A stretch of 46,495 nucleotides of DNA from Bacteroidia bacterium. Its GTDB lineage: Bacteria; Bacteroidota; Bacteroidia; AKYH767-A; OLB10. Below the pieces are notes generated by a model, which made no database searches, had not been told where the DNA came from, and saw only the letters and a program-made list of their open reading frames with translations. This document shows, piece by piece, positions 15,070-22,990 of the stretch (its first letter is position 1; each line of letters begins with the position of its first letter). The stretch lies in assembly GCA_046160245.1 (NCBI GenBank), contig JBJXGU010000267.1, forward strand, positions 1 through 46,495, in the 5' to 3' direction. Made by a program: the position numbers and the translations under genes.

Positions 15070-18000
15070 ATGATTGACAGAATCATAAAATTCTCCATTA
15101 AAAACAAATTAATCATCGGGTTATTTGTTTTACTACTCATTGGATGGGGAAGCTATTCGCTTTCGCAACTGCCAATGGATGCCTTGCCTGATATTACCAA
15201 TAATCAGGTGCAGGTTATAACAGTTGCACCAACCCTCGCATCGCAGGAAGTGGAACAATACGTTACTGCACCTATTGAAATGGTGTGCGCAAGCCTGCCT
15301 GATATGATTGAGTTGCGCTCAATATCTCGCACAGGTTTATCTGTAATTACCATTGTGTTTAAAGACAAAGTGGATGTTTACTTGGCGCGGCAAATGGTGA
15401 ATGAACGGCTTAAGGAAGCAGAAGAAAATATTCCCAGAGGAGTTGGAAGTCCTGATTTAGCACCTGTATCCACAGGGCTTAGTGAAATTTATCAGTATGT
15501 GTTGCACGCAAAACCCGGCTATGACAGTGCCTATTCCGATATGCAGTTGCGCACGTTTCAGGATTGGATTGTAAAGCGGCAATTGTTGGGCATACCCGGC
15601 ATTGCAGAAATAAATACGCTTGGCGGACACCTTAAGCAATATGAGATTGCTGTTAATACTCAAAAGTTAAAAGCAATGAATGTTACCTTGCCCGAACTTT
15701 TTGAAGCACTTGAAAAAAATAACGAAAGCACTGGCGGCAGTTACATTGAAAAAGGAAGCAACTCTTATTTTATTCGAGGCATGGGCATGGTTGAAAACCT
15801 CAGCGATATTGAAAGTATTGTTGTTAAAGAAACTGATGGCGTTCCTGTTTTGGTGCGCAATATTGCAACGGTTCAATATGGAAGTGCAATTCGTTATGGT
15901 GCTGCAACACGTGATGGCAAAGGCGAAGTAGTGGTAGGTGTGGTAATGATGTTGAAAGGACAAAACTCAGCAGAGGTAACGGAATTAGTAAAAGAAAGAA
16001 TTGTAACTATACAAAAATCACTCCCCAAAGGTGTTGTGATAGAACCCTTTCTTGACCGTACCGAATTAGTGGATAGAGCAATTAATACTGTTACCACTAA
16101 TTTAATTGAAGGTGGTTTAATTGTAATTTTTATTTTGGTTTTACTCTTGGGAAACCTTCGTGCAGGTTTGGTTGTTGCCACTGTAATTCCGTTATCACTT
16201 CTTTTTGCATTGGGGATGATGAAAGTATTTGGTGTGTCAGGTAACCTGATGAGTTTAGGCGCAATTGATTTCGGAATTATTGTGGACGGTGCTGTAATCA
16301 TTGTAGAAAGTATAGTTCATCGAATTGGCACAGTTTCCCTTTCGGGAAAAAAATTGTTATCACAAAACGAAATGGATGGAGAAGTTTATGAAGCATCATC
16401 ACGCATCAGAACTTCTGCCGCTTTCGGAGAAATAATAATACTGATTGTATATCTCCCAATACTTACGCTCACAGGTATTGAAGGAAAAATGTTTGGACCT
16501 ATGGCACAAACAGTTTCTTTCGCAATTCTTGGTGCGTTTATTCTATCGCTCACGTATGTGCCTATGATGTCAGCATTGTGTCTCAGCAAGAAAACAGAAC
16601 ACAAGCGCAATATATCTGACAATCTGATGAATTTTTTTCAACGTGTATATGATCCTATGATACATTTTGCATTGCGAAAAAAAATGACGGTAATAATTAC
16701 TTCTGTGGTTTTATTCGTTGGCAGTCTCTTCCTTTTTCTTAGTATGGGTGGTGAATTTATTCCAACATTGGAAGAAGGCGACCTTGCATTGAACACACGA
16801 ATCATGGCAGGAAGTTCGTTATCACAAAATGTTTCTATCGTTACCCGCCTTGAAAAAATGCTGAAAGCAAAATTTCCCGAAGTCAAACAAGTGGTTTCAA
16901 GAATCGGTTCTGCTGAAATTCCTACAGACCCCATGTCAGTGGAAGTAGCGGATATAATTATTTCTTTAAAAGCAAAGGAGGATTGGACAAGTGCAGAAAC
17001 TCGTGAAGAGCTTGCAGATAAAATAAAATCTGAATTATCAAATCTACCCGGTGTGAGCATGGAAATATCCCAACCAATTCAATTACGCTTTAATGAACTG
17101 ATGACAGGTGTACGTGCCGATGTGGCTGTTAAAATTTTTGGCGAGGACTTAGATACGCTTGCACAAAAGGGAAGCGAAGTAATAAGGTTGATAGAAAATA
17201 TAGAAGGTGTTGCAGATTTAAAAGCCGAGCAGGTTACAGGACTTCCTCAAATAACAGTAAAGTATAACAGGGAAAGAATTTCGCAATATGGGTTAAGTAT
17301 TTATGACATCAACCGCGTGTTGCGAACTGCTTTTGCAGGAGAAGTTGCAGGAGTTGTTTTTGAAGGCGAAAAAAGATTTGATATGGTGGTACGCCTCGAA
17401 GAAGAATTGCGAACTAACATAACGGATATTCGCAACCTCTCCATTCCATTAAAGAACGGTGCACAAATTCCATTAAGCCAATTAGCAGAAATTAATTTTA
17501 ATGCAGCGCCCATGCAGATTTCGCGTGATGATGGGAAAAGAAGAATTACACTTGGGTTGAATGTCCGCAATCGTGATGTGCAATCAGTAGTCGAAGAAAT
17601 TCAGAAAAAAATAGATGCAGAACTCAAACTTCCGGCAGGGTATTATCTAACTTACGGAGGACAGTTTGAAAATTTAATTGAAGCAAACAAAAGGCTCGCT
17701 ATTGCCGTGCCTGCTGCTTTATTTCTTATTCTTATTCTTCTTTATTTTACATTCAGCTCTATGCGACAAACACTTTTAATATTTACCGCCGTACCGCTAT
17801 CTGCAATAGGAGGAGTAGTTGCTTTATGGCTGCGGGATATGCCTTTCAGTATCTCGGCAGGTGTTGGTTTTATTGCATTATTCGGTGTAGCTGTATTAAA
17901 TGGAATTGTTTTAATCGGATATTTTAACCAGTTAAAAAATGAAGGCATGAACAATATTGAAGAAAGAGTTCTTACAGGTACGCGAGTAAGGCTTCGTCCT

Positions 18001-18198
18001 GTACTTATGACTGCTGCCGTTGCTTCACTTGGGTTTTTACCAATGGCGCTTTCAAGTTCAGCAGGTGCAGAAGTGCAGCGTCCTTTGGCAACAGTAGTGA
18101 TTGGCGGACTTATTTCTGCTACATTGTTAACTTTAATGATACTTCCTGTTTTGTATATTTTATTTTCAGGAGAGAAGAAAATTAAGGAAGTACCATGA
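15070..18198 (+). CDS. czcA: CzcA-type heavy-metal RND permease (second copy, unfused)
   Basis: 1042 aa, collinear and highly similar to the first 1040 residues of 6437-10783. It contains GAIDFGIIVDGAVIIVE. Confidence 0.92.
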   Translation: MIDRIIKFSIKNKLIIGLFVLLLIGWGSYSLSQLPMDALPDITNNQVQVITVAPTLASQEVEQYVTAPIEMVCASLPDMIELRSISRTGLSVITIVFKDKVDVYLARQMVNERLKEAEENIPRGVGSPDLAPVSTGLSEIYQYVLHAKPGYDSAYSDMQLRTFQDWIVKRQLLGIPGIAEINTLGGHLKQYEIAVNTQKLKAMNVTLPELFEALEKNNESTGGSYIEKGSNSYFIRGMGMVENLSDIESIVVKETDGVPVLVRNIATVQYGSAIRYGAATRDGKGEVVVGVVMMLKGQNSAEVTELVKERIVTIQKSLPKGVVIEPFLDRTELVDRAINTVTTNLIEGGLIVIFILVLLLGNLRAGLVVATVIPLSLLFALGMMKVFGVSGNLMSLGAIDFGIIVDGAVIIVESIVHRIGTVSLSGKKLLSQNEMDGEVYEASSRIRTSAAFGEIIILIVYLPILTLTGIEGKMFGPMAQTVSFAILGAFILSLTYVPMMSALCLSKKTEHKRNISDNLMNFFQRVYDPMIHFALRKKMTVIITSVVLFVGSLFLFLSMGGEFIPTLEEGDLALNTRIMAGSSLSQNVSIVTRLEKMLKAKFPEVKQVVSRIGSAEIPTDPMSVEVADIIISLKAKEDWTSAETREELADKIKSELSNLPGVSMEISQPIQLRFNELMTGVRADVAVKIFGEDLDTLAQKGSEVIRLIENIEGVADLKAEQVTGLPQITVKYNRERISQYGLSIYDINRVLRTAFAGEVAGVVFEGEKRFDMVVRLEEELRTNITDIRNLSIPLKNGAQIPLSQLAEINFNAAPMQISRDDGKRRITLGLNVRNRDVQSVVEEIQKKIDAELKLPAGYYLTYGGQFENLIEANKRLAIAVPAALFLILILLYFTFSSMRQTLLIFTAVPLSAIGGVVALWLRDMPFSISAGVGFIALFGVAVLNGIVLIGYFNQLKNEGMNNIEERVLTGTRVRLRPVLMTAAVASLGFLPMALSSSAGAEVQRPLATVVIGGLISATLLTLMILPVLYILFSGEKKIKEVP

Positions 18199-18263
18199 AA
18201 ATAAACATCAGCCAATACAATCAAAAATTTATTCAAACAGAATCCATTAAAGGAGAAAATAAA

Positions 18264-19574
18264 ATGAAAAACAAATTTTTAATACCACTTGCCGGATTCC
18301 TTATTGCATTATACACATTCACATCCTGCAAAAAAGGCACTCCCGCACAGGAAGAAAAAGATGTTTCCTCCATTGAGAAAGATGCACAACATGCACATAT
18401 TGATTCCGCAGAAGCAGTTCAACAGGATTTAGTCATCACCTCAAAACAGTTTAAAGCTGCCGGTATTGAATTGGGAAATCTAAAAGCAACTTCTCTTGGC
18501 GAATCAATTAAAGCAACTGGAACGCTTGATGTTCCACCTCAGAATTATGCCGAAGTATCCACATATATTGGTGGCATCATTAAAACCATCAAAGCTTACG
18601 AAGGCGACCATGTTTCAAAAGGACAAATCGTAATGACGTTAGAGCATCCCGATTTTATAAAATTACAGGAAGATTATACAAGCGTAAAAAACAGCATATC
18701 ATATCTTGAAAAAGATTACGAACGTCAGAAAGAATTGTACGAAGCAAAAGCAAGTTCAGGCAAAGTATTTCAGGAAGCCGAATCAAAATATAACACAGAG
18801 AAAGGACGGTTTAACGCAATTGAAAGCCAGCTTTCCATGCTTGGCATTTCAACATCGGAATTAGATAAAGGTAATATTTCAAAAGTGCTTTCATTGCGTT
18901 CTCCTATCAATGGATACATTGGAAAAATTCATGGCAGCATGGGAGCTTTTGTTGAACCTAATAAAATGCTCTTTGATGTAATTGACAACAGCCGCATCCT
19001 TGTGCATTTGGACGTCTTTGAAAAAGATTTTTACAAAATAATAATCGGGCAAAAGATAAGTATCGTTTTGCCCAATCAGGATAATGCGCAGATTGAAGGC
19101 GAAGTTTTTAAAATTGGTAAAGCAATGGACAATATTACAAAATCAATTGCTGTTCATGCTGAAATAAAAAACAACAAACATCTTGAACTCATACCCGGTA
19201 TTTTCATCAGTGCGCTCATACATGTAGCAAGCAATAATGTAACGGCTGTTCCTGCCGAAGCTGTCATTCGCGCAGGCGAAAAACAATACGTGTTTGTTGT
19301 AAATGACCTGCTGTGCAGCGCACCTGCCGTAAAAGGAAAAGACCCCTACAAAGTAAAAGACTCAAAAGGAAATATAATACCGTTAGCATATAGAATGATA
19401 GAAGTAAAAACAGGCACAGAAGCTAACGAGATGATAGAAGTTATTCCAATGAGTGAAATTACATCAACCGCCCAGCTTGTTATTAAAGGGGCATACTACT
19501 TAATGTCTGCATTGAAAAGCGGAGAGACGGTTGGCTGTTGCGCACCTGCTGATGAGGAAAAGAAAGAAAAATAG
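18264..19574 (+). CDS. czcB: RND periplasmic adaptor (CzcB/HlyD family) lipoprotein, second copy
   Basis: The ORF is open from 18195 (ATGA overlap with the czcA stop). The lipoprotein leader MKNKFLIPLAGFLIALYTFTSC begins at 18264. Adaptor motifs are present (STYIGGIIKTIKAYEGDHVSKGQIVMTL; LRSPINGYIGKI), and the tail is Cys-rich (GETVGCCAPADEEKKEK). Confidence 0.85.
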   Translation: MKNKFLIPLAGFLIALYTFTSCKKGTPAQEEKDVSSIEKDAQHAHIDSAEAVQQDLVITSKQFKAAGIELGNLKATSLGESIKATGTLDVPPQNYAEVSTYIGGIIKTIKAYEGDHVSKGQIVMTLEHPDFIKLQEDYTSVKNSISYLEKDYERQKELYEAKASSGKVFQEAESKYNTEKGRFNAIESQLSMLGISTSELDKGNISKVLSLRSPINGYIGKIHGSMGAFVEPNKMLFDVIDNSRILVHLDVFEKDFYKIIIGQKISIVLPNQDNAQIEGEVFKIGKAMDNITKSIAVHAEIKNNKHLELIPGIFISALIHVASNNVTAVPAEAVIRAGEKQYVFVVNDLLCSAPAVKGKDPYKVKDSKGNIIPLAYRMIEVKTGTEANEMIEVIPMSEITSTAQLVIKGAYYLMSALKSGETVGCCAPADEEKKEK

Positions 19575-19626
19575 AAATTAAAACAATTTATAATTATTAA
19601 TCTCAAATTATAAAATTAAAGTCAAA

Positions 19627-20082
19627 ATGAAAAAAACAATTCTCGTGGCTGTCATAGCCACATCAACAATGTTCACCTCCTGCAAAAAGGATAAAGTAAA
19701 AGGCTGCATGGACCCGATTTCAATTAGTTATAATGCCGATGCCGAAGAAGATGATGGCTCGTGTCATTATGCTGGAACAGGAGGAAACACAACGATTATT
19801 GCATTTCCAAAACATCATAGTAAATTAACTAGACCTTACCATGCATATGTCAAATTCAATTCGCAAGACTTTCCAGGAGCAAATCCATCCGCTTACGATT
19901 TGGATCTTATTGCTGACACAACTCAAAATAGCATTGAAATTGCAAATCTAAAGCCTGGCAAATACTATATTTACATGACAGCTTATGATACGACCGTATC
20001 AGCACCTGTAAAAGGCGGTATTCCGTATGTTCTTTCTCAATCATCAGGTCAATTAGTTTTGACTGTTCCTGTTACAGAATAA
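19627..20082 (+). CDS. Hypothetical lipoprotein (151 aa)
   Basis: Lipobox MFTSCKK. A GCMDPISISYNADAEEDDGSCHY module is followed by beta-sandwich-like sequence. I recognise no functional family. Confidence 0.6.
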   Translation: MKKTILVAVIATSTMFTSCKKDKVKGCMDPISISYNADAEEDDGSCHYAGTGGNTTIIAFPKHHSKLTRPYHAYVKFNSQDFPGANPSAYDLDLIADTTQNSIEIANLKPGKYYIYMTAYDTTVSAPVKGGIPYVLSQSSGQLVLTVPVTE

Positions 20083-20097
20083 TTTAAAATAAGTGTT

Positions 20098-21543
20098 ATG
20101 AAAAAAATTTCGATAGTGATTACTGCAGCAATATTATTTGTTGTTGTGATTAATTTTATTTCGTGTCACTACGACAAATACGAAATGCCCCAACCCGTCC
20201 TTGAAACTAATTATCCTGCTGATGTTGCTAATATCGTTATTAATAAATGTGCTACTGCAGGATGTCATAATACGCAAAGTCATTTAGGGGCAGGTGGCCT
20301 TGATTTAAGCACGTGGGAAAAATTATTTGAAGGGGGAAGTGGAGGTTCAGCCGTAATACCGTATCGTCCTGATTTTAGTTTGATCATATATTACACTAAT
20401 CACGATTCGCTTCTTCCTTATCTTCAATTACTACCGACCATGCCTGTTAACGGAACATTTCTTACAATAGAAGAACTAAGTATTTTGGAAAGTTGGATTC
20501 AAGACGGTGCACCTGATAAGAATGGATTTGTTAAATTTTCAGATAACCCTTTGCGTAAGAAATTTTATGCTGGCTGTCAGGGTTGCGATGAAATAGCTGT
20601 TTTTGATGCTTCCTCAATGCTTACCATGCGTTATGTTCACGCGGGCAATTCTCCTCAAATAGAAGCTCCTCACATGGTTAAAGTTGCTCCTAATAATCAA
20701 TTCTATTGTGCTTCATTTATTGCAGGTAATTACTTCCAAAAATTTAGTACTACCAATAATACTTTACTTGGTCAGGTTGATATTGGCTTCGGCTCTTGGA
20801 ATACTTTCGCAATTTCTTCCGATTCAAAAAAAGCGTATGTAGTTGATTTCAATTCCGGCATCATCTCCTTTGTTGATTTGGAAAACATGACAAAACAAAA
20901 TTGGAATTTTGGGTTTAGTGCTCCTCACGGTTCTGCGCTGAATATAACTGATGACACACTTTATGTAACAGCACAACTTGGTAGCAACATATGGAAAATC
21001 CCAGTTAATGATATTTCCAATTATAATTCTAAAAACTTCACTGGAGGTAACCATCGCTTTCACGAAATTCATTTTAGTCCTGATGGTTCAAAATATTTTC
21101 TCACTGCACAAAATACCAATCTAATTTTAGCTGTTAGCACCATGAATGACAGTTTACTTGCATCTATTCCTGTAGGTGTTTTTCCACAAGAAATGGGAGT
21201 TTCTCAAACTAATCCATATCTCTTTGTTTCATGCACCGATGATTTTGTAACATTCCCTGGAAAAACTGGTTCAGTATATATTATCGATTACAATTCATTG
21301 CAAGTTGTAGGCACAGTGTACACTGGTCATCAACCACATGGAATTGCAGTGGATGATTATAACAACAGAGTTTATATTTCTAATCGTAATGTAACGACTG
21401 GCGGTCCAGCGCCGCATCACTCATCTGTTTGCGGAGGCAAAAACGGTTATATGACAGCCATTGATATGATTACACTACAATTAGTTCCAAACTTCAAAGC
21501 AGAAGTTTCAGTTGACCCTTATGGAGTTGGTGTCACTCATTAA
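20098..21543 (+). CDS. Lipoprotein with a PSCyt-like cytochrome-c-type domain (Cx4CH) and a YVTN/YncE-type beta-propeller
   Basis: N-terminal NFISC lipobox. The stretch IVINKCATAGCHNTQSHLGAGGLDLSTWEKLFEGGSGGSAVIPYRPDFSLI...MPVNGTFLTIEELSILESWIQDGAP resembles the planctomycete cytochrome C domain. Propeller-type repeats follow (PHGIAVDDYNNRVYISNRN). Confidence 0.7.
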   Translation: MKKISIVITAAILFVVVINFISCHYDKYEMPQPVLETNYPADVANIVINKCATAGCHNTQSHLGAGGLDLSTWEKLFEGGSGGSAVIPYRPDFSLIIYYTNHDSLLPYLQLLPTMPVNGTFLTIEELSILESWIQDGAPDKNGFVKFSDNPLRKKFYAGCQGCDEIAVFDASSMLTMRYVHAGNSPQIEAPHMVKVAPNNQFYCASFIAGNYFQKFSTTNNTLLGQVDIGFGSWNTFAISSDSKKAYVVDFNSGIISFVDLENMTKQNWNFGFSAPHGSALNITDDTLYVTAQLGSNIWKIPVNDISNYNSKNFTGGNHRFHEIHFSPDGSKYFLTAQNTNLILAVSTMNDSLLASIPVGVFPQEMGVSQTNPYLFVSCTDDFVTFPGKTGSVYIIDYNSLQVVGTVYTGHQPHGIAVDDYNNRVYISNRNVTTGGPAPHHSSVCGGKNGYMTAIDMITLQLVPNFKAEVSVDPYGVGVTH

Positions 21544-21592
21544 AATTAGAATAAATAGAAAATAAGTTAGGGGCACGAAGTTAAATGAATTT

Positions 21593-22201
21593 ATGAAACT
21601 ACTAGCTAACATAGACAAACTCGGCACAGCAAGCCTTTTTATCACAGCACTTTTTTCACCTTGCTGTTTTCCACTATTCGCATTTGCGGCGTCTGCTTTG
21701 GGATTAGGAAGTTTTGAATTATTTGGAGGGTGGACAATGTGTTTTTTTCAGATGATGGTTTTATTTTCCGTTGCTGGATTTTATATTTCATATCGCAAAC
21801 ATCGTTACGCATATCCTTTATTAGTTGCTATTTCAAGCGGGATTTTAATTTTTTATGGTTACCATTTCAACATTAGCAACTATTGGACTTATTTTCTTTA
21901 CATTGGAATGTTTGGACTTTTGGTGGCAACAGTTTGGAATTATCGACGAAACAAACTTCATAACAACTGCAAAACTTGTGTTTTAATGGATGGTAAAGAA
22001 TTAGAATTGCGATCAGAAATTACTTGCCCTCAGTGCGGACATAAGAAAAGCGATATCATGCCGACAGATGCTTGCCAATTTTTTTACGAATGTGGAAAGT
22101 GTAAAACGCTTTTAAAACCAAAGCCAGGCGACTGTTGTGTTTATTGCAGTTACGGAACTGTAAAGTGTCCATCAATACAAGCAGGAGAAAATTGTTGCTA
22201 A
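21593..22201 (+). CDS. MerC-like membrane protein fused to a C-terminal GDCCVxC Cys-rich domain
   Basis: The N-terminus NIDKLGTASLFITALFSPCCFPLFAFAASALGLG parallels Tn21 MerC (IADKTGALGSVVSAMGCAACFPALASFGAAIGLG) and has 4 hydrophobic helices. The C-terminus is CPQCGHKKSDIMPTDACQFFYECGKCKTLLKPKPGDCCVYCSYGTVKCP. Confidence 0.75.
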   Translation: MKLLANIDKLGTASLFITALFSPCCFPLFAFAASALGLGSFELFGGWTMCFFQMMVLFSVAGFYISYRKHRYAYPLLVAISSGILIFYGYHFNISNYWTYFLYIGMFGLLVATVWNYRRNKLHNNCKTCVLMDGKELELRSEITCPQCGHKKSDIMPTDACQFFYECGKCKTLLKPKPGDCCVYCSYGTVKCPSIQAGENCC

Positions 22202-22220
22202 CAAATTAAATGTTTCAAAA

Positions 22221-22973
22221 ATGGATACCACTACAACAACAATCATCTTCTTTCTTCTTGCTTTTGTAAGTGAAATTATTGGCACACTCAGTGGCTTCGG
22301 CTCCTCTGTATTTTTTGTTCCTTTAGCGGGAATGTTATTTGATTTTAAAACTACACTTGCCCTCACAGGCATTCTTCATATTTTTAGCACCTCAGCACAA
22401 GTCTATCTTTTCCGCAAAAGCATTGATTGGAAGTTGATGCTCAAAGTAGGATTGCCAAGTGTGCTTATGGTTCTTCTTGGTGCTTACCTAAATAATAAAG
22501 TTGAACTCAAATATGCAGAACTGGCTATGGGAATATTTCTTGTTGCCTTTGCAATCACCTTCTTTATTAAAAAGGATTTGAAGTTTAAGCCAACCAACTT
22601 TAATGCAATCACGGGTGGTGCAGTTGCAGGTTTTCTTGCAGGGCTTATAGGAACAGGCGGCGCAATACGAGGTGCAACTCTCACGGCTTTTGACCTAAAG
22701 AAAGATGCTTTTGTAGGCACTTCCGCAGGAATTGATTTTGCCGTTGACCTTTCACGAACCATTGTTTATTTAGCCAATGGCTACCTTGACAAAAAATATC
22801 TCTGGTATATTCCTGTCTTGTTTGTATTAGCTTATGCAGGTTCATGGCTAGGAAAAAAACTATTAGATAAAGTGCCTGAAAATATTTTCAAAAAACTGGT
22901 TCTTGTTTTAATTTTTGGAGTGGGGGTATTTATGGTGTATGGATTTATCACAGGCAAAGCAGTAATTAAATAA
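22221..22973 (+). CDS. TauE/SafE (DUF81) family anion permease
   Basis: 250 aa, polytopic. It shows the typical start FLLAFVSEIIGTLSGFGSSVFFVPL and an internal repeat GFLAGLIGTGGAIRGATL. Confidence 0.8.
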   Translation: MDTTTTTIIFFLLAFVSEIIGTLSGFGSSVFFVPLAGMLFDFKTTLALTGILHIFSTSAQVYLFRKSIDWKLMLKVGLPSVLMVLLGAYLNNKVELKYAELAMGIFLVAFAITFFIKKDLKFKPTNFNAITGGAVAGFLAGLIGTGGAIRGATLTAFDLKKDAFVGTSAGIDFAVDLSRTIVYLANGYLDKKYLWYIPVLFVLAYAGSWLGKKLLDKVPENIFKKLVLVLIFGVGVFMVYGFITGKAVIK

Positions 22974-22990
22974 GTTTAAATAATCAAAAA

